Below are positions 1 to 8,409 of a stretch of DNA of 30,581 nucleotides, piece after piece. A model generated the notes under the pieces. That model worked only from the letters and a program-made list of their open reading frames with translations. It did no database searches and had not been told where the DNA came from. The stretch lies in contig JBDKFG010000078.1 of NCBI GenBank assembly GCA_039798785.1, positions 1 to 30,581 on the forward strand, given 5' to 3'. This DNA is from Verrucomicrobiota bacterium (GTDB lineage: Bacteria > Verrucomicrobiota > Lentisphaeria > Lentisphaerales > Lentisphaeraceae). Every line of letters begins with the position of its first letter. Within the stretch, counting starts at the first letter, position 1. The position numbers and the translations under genes were made by a program.

Positions 1-48
1 CACGGCAAGCCTGCCGAGCCCAAGAAGGAAGAAGAAGTCAAGCTCTGA
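1..48 (+). CDS. 3' end of an upstream gene (partial, ...HGKPAEPKKEEEVKL*)
   Basis: Open frame 1 with GC3-rich codons ends in TGA at 46-48 and is followed by a terminator. Confidence 0.6.
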   Translation, partial: HGKPAEPKKEEEVKL

Positions 49-68
49 TCCTCCTCCAGATTCTCTCC

Positions 69-98
69 AGGCCCGCGCTTACCAGCGCGGGCCTTTTT
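69..98 (+). terminator. Rho-independent terminator
   Basis: Perfect 11-bp stem AGGCCCGCGCT-tacc-AGCGCGGGCCT followed by a T tract, just after a stop codon. Confidence 0.85.
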
Positions 99-190
99 GG
101 TGCGCCGGGTATGGCGCTTCAAGCCAGAGGAGCATTTCAAGCTTCGAAGGTCGCTTGAGTCAACCCATCTTTACAGGCTTTCGACTTGCT

Positions 191-1030
191 TCAGTTCCGC
201 CCTTGCCGGAATTGCCTAGGGCCGCGTCCGTGCCAGGCTTTGAAAGCCCGAGTGAAGTGGGCTGCGTGCCCATAGCCGAGTTCGGCCGCGATCCTCGCCA
301 CCTCGACGCGACTGAAAGTGAGCCGGCGGGCCGCCTCTTCCATTCGGCAGCGAAGAAGGAATTCCCTTGGCCCTTCGCCGCAGATCTCCTGATATAGCTC
401 GCGCAATCGGGTTTCACTCAACGAACAGCCTTTGGCCATGGCCGGCAATTTCCAAGTCGCCCCAGGCAGGCCGCGGATGCGATCGATCTGTGCCTGGACC
501 CGCTGACGAGTCGCGTCACCGTCAGACGCACTCTCCAAGGACAGTTTCCAGAGGCCGACGAGGGCTTCGAAGCATCCCGCCGCGGCCCGCCCAGAAGCTT
601 CGCCGGCGCTGCGGGTCAGGCGCTGCAAGGTGTCCGACAAAAGCCCTTCCGCCGGGTCGCCGACAAGCAGACGAGGCTCCGCTGGCCATTCGGGGTCGCC
701 GCTGAAATCGTACCAACGGAAAACCCAATCTTCTCCGGCGCTACCGTATGACCAGAGATCCGCCATCGGAAACGCGAAGAAACTGCCGGACTCAAGCTCG
801 TGACGCCGTCCATCGCGAAAGTTGACATAGCCATGCCCGGAGGCAGTCCGGATGGCGAACCAGGCCTCCTGCTTCAGGAGCTGGCGATGGTAGACTCCAA
901 GCGGCCGCTGCGGCCAGTCGCGAGCGTAGTCCGCGGTGGCGTCGACGTCCCAGAGTGCGTAAAAACACAAGCCTTGAGGGCGAACTCCTTGTGGCCGCCA
1001 GGCGGCAAAATCCTTGCGAGTGTTGGACAT
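191..1030 (-). CDS. AraC-family transcriptional regulator
   Basis: C-terminal double HTH (MAKGCSLSETRLRELY...IAAELGYGHAAHFTRAFKAWHGRGPRQFR) and a cupin-like N-terminus. ATG at 1030 (MSNTRK) chosen over the ORF start at 1105. Divergent from the cytochrome c module. Confidence 0.9.
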   Translation of the reverse strand: MSNTRKDFAAWRPQGVRPQGLCFYALWDVDATADYARDWPQRPLGVYHRQLLKQEAWFAIRTASGHGYVNFRDGRRHELESGSFFAFPMADLWSYGSAGEDWVFRWYDFSGDPEWPAEPRLLVGDPAEGLLSDTLQRLTRSAGEASGRAAAGCFEALVGLWKLSLESASDGDATRQRVQAQIDRIRGLPGATWKLPAMAKGCSLSETRLRELYQEICGEGPREFLLRCRMEEAARRLTFSRVEVARIAAELGYGHAAHFTRAFKAWHGRGPRQFRQGRN

Positions 1031-1156
1031 AGTGGCAATCCCAATTGGAAAATGGTAAGATGATCGGCATGGACGCAAGGAAAAAGCTTCAAGTTCCCGG
1101 AACAAGGCTGTTAATATGGCAGTCTAGGGCGAATCGACACCGTGGAGAAACTAGAC

Positions 1157-3472
1157 ATGAATGAGCAGCAGATCAAGAAACTCAGCCTCGGCGCCGCCTG
1201 CCTCGGGCTCGCCGCCCTTGCCGCCGCCGCCCTTTTCATCCCGAGTGAAAAAGCCAAGGTCGCGGCGCTCGCAAAACCGGATGCGGCCGCCGCAAAACCC
1301 GGAGCACCCGCCGTCGCCAAGCTCAGCTTCTCGCGCCAGATCCTGCCGATCCTCTCCGACAAATGCTTCGAGTGCCACGGTCCCGACGAAGAAGCGGTGG
1401 CCAAGTCGGGGCACCTGCGCCTCGATGTCCGCGAGGCCGCGGTCAAGAAGAAGGCGATCGTCCCGGGCAAGCCCGAGGAATCGGAGATGATCAAGCGGAT
1501 CAGCAGCAAGAATCCCAAGCAGGTGATGCCGACCCCGGCGAGCCACAAGGTCCTCACCGACGAGCACAAGCGGCTGTTGAGCCAATGGATTGCGGAAGGC
1601 GCGGAATATTCCGGCCACTGGGCCTTCGCGGCGCCGAAAAAACACCCCTTGCCCGAGGCCGGCAAGGAGTGGAGCGCCCATCCGGTCGACCGCTTTGTCG
1701 CCGCGGCGCAAGAGCAGCAGGGACTGAAGCACGCGCCGGAGGCGAAGCCGCACGAGCTGATCCGCCGCGCCACTTTGGATCTCATCGGCTTGGTGCCGAG
1801 CCCGGAGGAGACCGCCGAGTTCGCCAAGGCCCACGCGGCCGATGCCGACAAGGCCTGGGAGCAGCTGGTCGAGCGCCTCCTCGCCGATTCCCGCTTCGGC
1901 GAACGCTGGGCCTCGTGGTGGCTCGACATGGCCCGCTACGCCGACACCCAGGGTTTCGAAAAAGACCCCTACCGCGAAGCCTGGGCCTACCGCGACTGGG
2001 TTATCGCCGCCCTCAACCGCGACCTGCCCTTCGACCAGTTCTCCACCTGGCAGCTCGCCGGCGACCTCCTCCCCGGCGCCACCGAGGAGCAGAAGCTCGC
2101 CACCTGCTTCCACCGCAACACCAAGACCAACGACGAAGGCGGCACCGATAACGAGGAATACCGCGTCCAGGCGGTGATCGACCGCACCAACGCCACCATG
2201 CAGGTGTTCAACGGCCTGACCTGGGGCTGCGCCCAGTGCCACACCCACAAGTACGACCCGATCAAGCACGAAGAGTACTTCCGCCTTCTCGCCTTCTTCA
2301 ACCAGACCGCCGATAACGACCTGCCCGACGACTCGCCTCGGATGAAGCTCAAGGCCGCCGGCCACGACACCTCGGTGCCGGTGATGCAGGAGCTGCCGCC
2401 CGAGAAGTCGCGCCCGACCTACCTCTTCCTCGGCGGCTCCTTCCTCAGCCCCGACAAGAAACGCGGCGTCCTCGCCCCCGGCACCCCCGAATTCCTCCCC
2501 GCCTTCCCCAAGGACTTCCCTCAGAACCGCCTCGGCCTCGCCCAATGGCTCTTCCTGCCGGAACAGCCCCTCACCGCCCGCGTCACCGTCAACCGCGTCT
2601 GGGCCCGCCTCTTCGGCCGCGGCATCGTCACCTCCCTCGAAGACATGGGCCTGCAGTCGCCGCCGCCCTCCCACCCGGAACTTCTTGACCATCTCGCCCT
2701 CTCCTGGAGCCAGGAGCAGAAGTGGTCGCTCAAGGCCTTGATCAAGACCCTGGTGATGAGCCGCAGCTACCGCCAGGACGCCCGCGCCTCGAAGGAGCTG
2801 ATCGAGAAGGATCTCTACAACACCTGGCTGGCCCGAGGTCCGCGCCAGCGTCTCGACGCCGAAGCGGTGCGCGACGCCTCGCTCGCCGCCGCCGGCCTGC
2901 TCAACCCGAAGATGAACGGCCATCCGGTCCTGCCGCCCCAGCCCGGCGGCGTCGATTCCTCGGCCTTCGGCGGCGATGCCGCCGGACGCTTCCGCAAGAC
3001 CGGCGAAGAGGCCCGCCGCCGCACCGTCTACACCTTCATCCATCGCACCAACTTCGCCGCCGCCCTGTCGATCTTCGACGCCCCCAACCGCGAAGTCTGC
3101 ACCATCAGCCGCGCTCCCACCAACACGCCGCTGCAGGCGCTGGTCACTCTCAACGACCCGAACTACCACGAGATCGCCCAGGGCCTGGCCCGCCGCATCC
3201 TCGCCGAAGTGCCCGGCGGCGACGACGCGGCCTTGCTCAAGCGCGCGGCGCTCCTCACCCTCGGGCGCGAACCCGCCGCCGCCGAGCTCAAAACCCTCGG
3301 GGATTATGTCAGCGCCGAGACGACCCGCTTCGCCGCGAGCCCGGCCGAAGCCGCGGCCTTCAACAAGGCGGAATTCCTCCCGCCCCCGCCCGCCGTTTCC
3401 CCAGAACGACTCGCCGCCCTCACCGCGACCTGCTCGCTCCTCCTCAACTCCGACGCCTTCTTGAACAAGTGA
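1157..3472 (+). CDS. Planctomycete-type cytochrome c protein (PSCyt1 + DUF1549/PSCyt2 + DUF1553/PSD1)
   Basis: Signal/TM N-terminus; CFECHGPD and CAQCHTHKYDPI heme motifs; HWAF, FGERWA-WLD-ARYADT, NRVWARLFGRGIV, PSHPELLD, RLDAEAVRD and TNTPLQAL motifs. Confidence 0.92.
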   Translation: MNEQQIKKLSLGAACLGLAALAAAALFIPSEKAKVAALAKPDAAAAKPGAPAVAKLSFSRQILPILSDKCFECHGPDEEAVAKSGHLRLDVREAAVKKKAIVPGKPEESEMIKRISSKNPKQVMPTPASHKVLTDEHKRLLSQWIAEGAEYSGHWAFAAPKKHPLPEAGKEWSAHPVDRFVAAAQEQQGLKHAPEAKPHELIRRATLDLIGLVPSPEETAEFAKAHAADADKAWEQLVERLLADSRFGERWASWWLDMARYADTQGFEKDPYREAWAYRDWVIAALNRDLPFDQFSTWQLAGDLLPGATEEQKLATCFHRNTKTNDEGGTDNEEYRVQAVIDRTNATMQVFNGLTWGCAQCHTHKYDPIKHEEYFRLLAFFNQTADNDLPDDSPRMKLKAAGHDTSVPVMQELPPEKSRPTYLFLGGSFLSPDKKRGVLAPGTPEFLPAFPKDFPQNRLGLAQWLFLPEQPLTARVTVNRVWARLFGRGIVTSLEDMGLQSPPPSHPELLDHLALSWSQEQKWSLKALIKTLVMSRSYRQDARASKELIEKDLYNTWLARGPRQRLDAEAVRDASLAAAGLLNPKMNGHPVLPPQPGGVDSSAFGGDAAGRFRKTGEEARRRTVYTFIHRTNFAAALSIFDAPNREVCTISRAPTNTPLQALVTLNDPNYHEIAQGLARRILAEVPGGDDAALLKRAALLTLGREPAAAELKTLGDYVSAETTRFAASPAEAAAFNKAEFLPPPPAVSPERLAALTATCSLLLNSDAFLNK

Positions 3473-3480
3473 GGTCCGCC

Positions 3481-4851
3481 ATGAACCCCTTCCAACTCCA
3501 GCAGCAGCTCTTCTCCCGCCGCGCCTTCCTCGGCTCCTCCGCCATGGGCCTCGGCAGCCTCGCCCTCAGCTCGCTCCTCGGCCAGCAGCTCGGCGCCGCC
3601 GAAAGCCACGGCGGCCTCGCCGGCGCCCTGCCCGCACCGCACTTCCCCGCCAAGGCCAAACGGGTCATCTACCTGCACATGCTCGGCGCCCCCTCGCAAC
3701 ATGACCTCCTCGACCACAAGCCGCTGCTCCAGACTCTCGACGGCAAGAAGGCGCCGCGCTCCATCCTCCCCGAACGCTCCGCCTTCCTCAACTCCAACCC
3801 CAACCCGCCCCTCATCCTCGGCTCGCCCATCCGCTCGATGGTCACCGACCAGTTCAACCACGCCCCCGCCGAGCTCCTGCTGCACACCGGCTTCCCGGTC
3901 CAGGGCCGCCCCTCCACCGGCGCCTGGGTCACCTACGGCCTCGGCTCGGAAAACTCCGACCTGCCCGCCTACATGGTCCTCCTCTCCGGCTCCAACCTCC
4001 CCGCCGGCGGCACCGCCGACTTCGGCGCCGGCTTCCTCCCCAGCGTCTACCAGGGGGTCCGCGCCCGCTCCAAAGGCGACCCGGTGCTCTTCCTCTCCAA
4101 CCCCGAGGGCATGGACCGCGCCGGCCGACGCCGCCACCTCGACGCCCTCGCCGCCCTCAATCACGAGACCCTCAAGGACTTTGGCGACCCCGAGACCGCC
4201 ACCCGCATCGCCCAGTACGAAATGGCATTCCGCATGCAGGCCTCGGTGCCCGAGGTGATGGACATCTCCAAGGAACCCCAGGCAGTCCTCGACGCCTACG
4301 GCGCCAAGCCCGGCGCCGCCTCCTTCGCCAACAACTGCCTCCTCGCCCGCAAACTCTGCGAATCCGGCGTCCGCTTCGTCCAGCTCTTCGACTGGGGTTG
4401 GGACTCGCACGGTACCGGACATCACGACGACTTGGAGCATTCGCTTGTCGGCAAATGCCGCCAGACTGACCAGCCGATCGCCGCGCTCCTCAAAGATCTC
4501 GAACAGCGCGGCCTCCTCGAAGACACCCTGGTCGTCTGGACCGGGGAATTCGGCCGCACCGCCGTGATGGAGGCCCGCAACGGCAACGTCACTTTCAAAG
4601 GCCGCGACCACCACCCCGGCTGCTTCACCTCGTGGATCGCCGGCGGCGGCGTCAAGGCCGGCACGGTCTACGGCCAGACCGACGAATGGGGCCAGAAGGT
4701 GGTCGAAAATCCGGTCCACGTCTACGACTTCCAGGCCACCCTGCTCCACCTCCTCGGCATGGACCACACCCGCCTCACCTACCGCTTCCAGGGCCTCGAC
4801 TTCCGCCTCACCAACTTCCGCGGCAACGTGGTCAAGGGCCTTCTCGCTTGA
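3481..4851 (+). CDS. DUF1501 domain protein (Tat-exported, sulfatase-like), apparently with an internal in-frame deletion
   Basis: SRRAFL Tat motif; AKAKRVIYLHMLGAPSQHDLLD, YGLGSEN, GVRFVQL, GWDSH, TLVVWTGEFGRT and GRDHHP motifs. ATG at 3481 lies 8 nt after the upstream stop; usual partner of DUF1553 genes. Confidence 0.9.
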   Translation: MNPFQLQQQLFSRRAFLGSSAMGLGSLALSSLLGQQLGAAESHGGLAGALPAPHFPAKAKRVIYLHMLGAPSQHDLLDHKPLLQTLDGKKAPRSILPERSAFLNSNPNPPLILGSPIRSMVTDQFNHAPAELLLHTGFPVQGRPSTGAWVTYGLGSENSDLPAYMVLLSGSNLPAGGTADFGAGFLPSVYQGVRARSKGDPVLFLSNPEGMDRAGRRRHLDALAALNHETLKDFGDPETATRIAQYEMAFRMQASVPEVMDISKEPQAVLDAYGAKPGAASFANNCLLARKLCESGVRFVQLFDWGWDSHGTGHHDDLEHSLVGKCRQTDQPIAALLKDLEQRGLLEDTLVVWTGEFGRTAVMEARNGNVTFKGRDHHPGCFTSWIAGGGVKAGTVYGQTDEWGQKVVENPVHVYDFQATLLHLLGMDHTRLTYRFQGLDFRLTNFRGNVVKGLLA

Positions 4852-4857
4852 GCTCAA

Positions 4858-5023
4858 ATTCAAAATTCCAGATTCAAGATTCAAGATGAGCAGCAGAGCA
4901 GCCATTGAAGATTCAAAATTCAAAATGGCTATTCCTTCCTCCTCCCTTCTTGAATCTTGAATCTTGAATCTTGAATGTCGTCCCTCGTTCCCTCTTGAAT
5001 TTTGAATCTTGAATCTTGAATCT
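4858..5023. repeat. Heptamer (ATTCAAG/ATTCAAA) tandem arrays arranged as nested inverted repeats (L-L-R-R)
   Basis: Forward arrays at 4858-4887 and 4904-4926; reverse (TCTTGAA)n arrays at 4948-4976 and 4993-5023. Confidence 0.9.
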
Positions 5024-5041
5024 CCGAAGGAGCCCCCCCCC

Positions 5042-6802
5042 ATGCAAGACAAATCCGATTTCCTCCTCTTCGTCGGACGCTTCCACCCGCTGATCGTCCA
5101 CCTCCCCATCGGCCTGCTTGCGGTGCATCCCCTGCTCGAGCTGGCGGCCTGGAAGCTGAAAAAACCCGGCCTCGACACCGCCTGCCGCATCAACCTCGGC
5201 CTCTGCGCCGCCAGCGCCGTCGGCGCCGTCATCGTCGGCCTCTGCCTCGCCTCCAACGGCAGCTACGGCGGCGACAGCTTCGCGCTGCACAAGAAGCTCG
5301 GTTTCGCCCTCGCCGCCGTGCTCTGCCTCGCCGCCTGGCTGCGCTGCCTGAATCGCGACGAGCGCAAACCCCTCGCCGCCTGGGGCCTCACCGCCCTCGG
5401 ACTCGGCCTCTTGAGCCCCGTCGGCCACATGGGCGGCAACCTCACCCACGGCCCCACCTGGCTCACCGAATACGCCCCCGCCTGGCTCCCCATCCCCGGC
5501 AAGGAGGAGGTGAAGCCCGACGCCTCCAACAACCCCTGGCTCGCCACGGTGAAGCCGATCCTCGAGAAGAACTGCACTGAGTGCCACTCCGGCAAGGAGG
5601 CCAAGGGCGACTGCAACCTCGAAGACCCCAAGCTCCTCTTCGCCTCCGGCAAGTCCGGCAAGCCCGGCATCGTCCCCGGCCAGCCCGAACAGTCGGAAGT
5701 CCTCCGCCGCATCCTCCTCCCCGCCGGCCACCCCGACGCCATGCCCACCGAAGGCAAGAAGCCGCTCAAGCCGGACGAGGTCCTCGCCATCTCGCACTGG
5801 ATCGCCGCCGGCGCCCCCTTCGAAGCCGCCAAGGCCGGACCCGAGGCCACTCCCGCCACCCCCGCCTCGCTCCAGGGCCTCGCCGCCGCCGGCGCCTACC
5901 TGCGCCCCCTCGCCGACGGCTCGCCGCTCCTCTGCGCCGACTTCACCCGCCCGGGCTGCAAGCTTCCCGAGGCGCTCGCCGCCCTGCCCGCCGCCGCCTC
6001 CCGCATCGCCGAACTCAAACTCGCCCGCTCCGCCGTCAGCGACGCCGATCTCGAAGCCCTGCCCGCCCTGCCCGAACTCACCCAGCTCGACCTCGCCGCC
6101 ACCGCGGTCAGCGCCAAGGGCCTCGCCAGCCTCTCCCGCCACCCCAAGCTGCGCGCCCTCAACCTCGCCGCCACCGCCACCGATGACTCCGCCGCCCTCG
6201 GCCTCGCCGGCATCAAGTCGCTGCGCCGCGTCAACCTCGCCAACGCCAAGGTCTCCAAGGACGGCGCCAAGGAACTCCGCCTCGCCCGCTCCGGCGAAGA
6301 AGCGATCACCGTCATCTGCCCCGCCCCCGCCGTCAAACTCAGCGACAAGGCCGCCTGGTCGCTGGTCAAGGTCTCCTCCCAGGAAACCAACTTCACCCTC
6401 GGTGCCTACCCCGCGCGCCAAGCCATCGACGGCAAGCCGGAAACCCTCTGGACCACCCGTTACATGGGCCGCAACGACCAGCCTCCGCACGAGATCATCC
6501 TCGACCTCGGCGAAAGCACCAGCTTCCAGGGCCTCAAGCTCCTCGCCCGCCAGGACGGCAATCCCAACGGCATTTCCGCCAAGATCGAAATCTCGGTCTC
6601 CGACGACCCCAAGGTCTTCAAGGAGCCCCTCCTCGTCGCCGAACCCTGGAAGGGCGCCCAGACCGCCCAGGACTGGATGCCGCAACGCCAAGTTCGCTTT
6701 CCCCAAGCCGCCCAAGGCCGCTACCTGAAGCTGGTCTTCTCCGCCGACATCCGCGGCAACCCCTGGGCCACCCTGGCGGAACTGGATCTGATCCAGGAGT
6801 GA
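5042..6802 (+). CDS. Membrane protein: DUF2231-like TM domain + planctomycete cytochrome c + LRR + F5/8 type C (discoidin) domain
   Basis: GRFHPLIVHLPIG and GHMGGNLTHG TM motifs; CTECH heme motif; LPELTQLDLAATAVS / LRALNLAAT LRRs; AIDGKPETLW...PHEIILDLG...GRYLKL discoidin signature. Confidence 0.85.
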   Translation: MQDKSDFLLFVGRFHPLIVHLPIGLLAVHPLLELAAWKLKKPGLDTACRINLGLCAASAVGAVIVGLCLASNGSYGGDSFALHKKLGFALAAVLCLAAWLRCLNRDERKPLAAWGLTALGLGLLSPVGHMGGNLTHGPTWLTEYAPAWLPIPGKEEVKPDASNNPWLATVKPILEKNCTECHSGKEAKGDCNLEDPKLLFASGKSGKPGIVPGQPEQSEVLRRILLPAGHPDAMPTEGKKPLKPDEVLAISHWIAAGAPFEAAKAGPEATPATPASLQGLAAAGAYLRPLADGSPLLCADFTRPGCKLPEALAALPAAASRIAELKLARSAVSDADLEALPALPELTQLDLAATAVSAKGLASLSRHPKLRALNLAATATDDSAALGLAGIKSLRRVNLANAKVSKDGAKELRLARSGEEAITVICPAPAVKLSDKAAWSLVKVSSQETNFTLGAYPARQAIDGKPETLWTTRYMGRNDQPPHEIILDLGESTSFQGLKLLARQDGNPNGISAKIEISVSDDPKVFKEPLLVAEPWKGAQTAQDWMPQRQVRFPQAAQGRYLKLVFSADIRGNPWATLAELDLIQE

Positions 6803-6843
6803 GCCTGAGGCACCTTGAGCCTGAGGCACCTTGAGCCTGAGCC
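6800..6843 (+). repeat. 16-bp tandem repeat TGAGCCTGAGGCACCT (2 full copies + 1 partial)
   Basis: Copies at 6800-6815, 6816-6831 and partial 6832-6843, starting at the stop codon. Confidence 0.85.
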
Positions 6844-7012
6844 AAGCCCGTCAGGCCTGGCGGACGCATAAATAAAATGTGGGAGACCGCCTCCGGCGGG
6901 CGACAGAGCACCAAGCCCTCTTCGATGCTTTGTCGAGGCTGTTGTCGATGTCGTCGAGAGCCTTGTCGAAATTCCCAGCCGGAGCGGAGCGACGAGAAAG
7001 AGTTTTGGGGTT

Positions 7013-7143
7013 TGGCCATCGCCCTCGAAGAACTCAAGCTCGACCACCTCTGGGTCGTCCACCCCGGCCGCCATGTCGCGCCGCTCAAGGAGAGCATCAC
7101 ACTGCTGCCGATAACCAAGCTGCAGGAGTGGGGACAACGCTGA
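7013..7143 (+). pseudogene. Remnant 3' end of an AAA_14/DUF4143 ATPase gene
   Basis: Encodes AIALEELKLDHLWVVHPGRHVAPLKESITLLPITKLQEW, closely matching the C-terminus of 13294..14451; no upstream homologous sequence. Confidence 0.8.
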
Positions 7144-7254
7144 GCAAAACCGGCGAGGTCCTTTGCGCAAAATGGCGTCCCGCAATGCGCATTCCAATTC
7201 TCTCCAAAGATCCCGGCCTGATCTATCCTGTTTGCAGCTCATGCCTACCAACAA

Positions 7255-8097
7255 ATGGAGACCCTCCCCATGAACTGCGCCGATGACGAACTACTCCCTC
7301 CCCTGAAAATCCCGGATGCCCTCGGCGAGCTGGCCCTCGAGAGGGAATACACCTGGGAGCGCGCCTCTGGCAAACAGCCGCTCCGGGTGCAGATCGACCG
7401 GCCCCGCAAGCTCGAGGACGACGGCCCCTACATATGCTGCTGGAGCTTTTCTCCCGATCCCCTGTCCCTCGGTCTGCGGCACCAATGCGGAGAGGACCAG
7501 ATGCAGGCGCACACCTTGGCTCTCGTGGCCTTGGAAGCCGACCTGAAAGCGGTCATGGAGAAGAGCGGGGAGCCTGTTTACTGGCTCGATCCGGGACTCG
7601 ATCTGGTCCACAATCACGACATGACGGCGCGTCTCAGCATCGCCGGCATCCTCATCGCCTGCAGCGACTACATCAGGAGGAGCGACATGCCGGCGCCTCT
7701 GCGGCAGGATCTGGACGCCACGCTGGATTGGGCCGAATCCCTGCGCAGTGATGCGGCACGGCGCGCAGCAGCCGCCCCGATGCAGCGCGATCCCGTGCTT
7801 CATCAGGCGCTCGCCTACATCGACGCCAACGTCGGCGCTGCAGTCAACGTCGCCGTCCTCTGCGAACATCTCGGGCGATCCCGGCGCTGGCTCGAATACG
7901 CCTTCAGGAAAGAGCTCGGCTGCACTCCTCTCGCCTACATCACCCGTGTAAGGATCGGACATGCCCTGCGCATGTTGAAAAGACGGCCGCGTCCGACTCT
8001 CGCCGCCATAGCCGCGGATTGCGGCTTCTCCAGCCCGGCACAGCTCCGGCGAGCCTACCGGAATGTCACCGGGGAAAATCTCCGCTTGAACTCATAG
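7255..8097 (+). CDS. AraC-family HTH protein with a DUF6968-like N-terminal domain
   Basis: C-terminal AraC HTH (LCEHLGRSRRWLEYAFRKELG...IAADCGFSSPAQLRRAYR). N-terminal LRVQIDRP...YICCW...GEDQMQAHTLAL resembles DUF6968. Alternative start at 7270 with a GGAG RBS. Confidence 0.8.
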   Translation: METLPMNCADDELLPPLKIPDALGELALEREYTWERASGKQPLRVQIDRPRKLEDDGPYICCWSFSPDPLSLGLRHQCGEDQMQAHTLALVALEADLKAVMEKSGEPVYWLDPGLDLVHNHDMTARLSIAGILIACSDYIRRSDMPAPLRQDLDATLDWAESLRSDAARRAAAAPMQRDPVLHQALAYIDANVGAAVNVAVLCEHLGRSRRWLEYAFRKELGCTPLAYITRVRIGHALRMLKRRPRPTLAAIAADCGFSSPAQLRRAYRNVTGENLRLNS

Positions 8098-8409
8098 CCG
8101 AGGTGAATGCCAGCGCCTAGATCCGGGCGGCGTCGCGCTGCGGTCCTCCTCTCCCTCTCGCCTAATCTTAGGTCATTCGATGATCTGTCGGGATGTCCTC
8201 TAGTCGGTAAGCACCTGCGTTTCAACCTTTCAACGCGGTTCCATCCGCTACTGTGGAATTTAGGTTCAAGGATGGCAAGCTTCGGCCTTGAGTTAAGAAG
8301 AAACGACCTGTATTTCCCAGTTTTAACGCCGGTTGCGGGATCGCGTGAGCGTTTCCGCCGGAGGCCTCTAATGTAGCCACGGCTGGCTTCCTCAGGCAGT
8401 CGCTCCCCA

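Noticed and set aside
6925..6970. Recurring GTCGA motifs
   Set aside because: Short and irregularly spaced; cannot be distinguished from a decayed coding fragment or chance.
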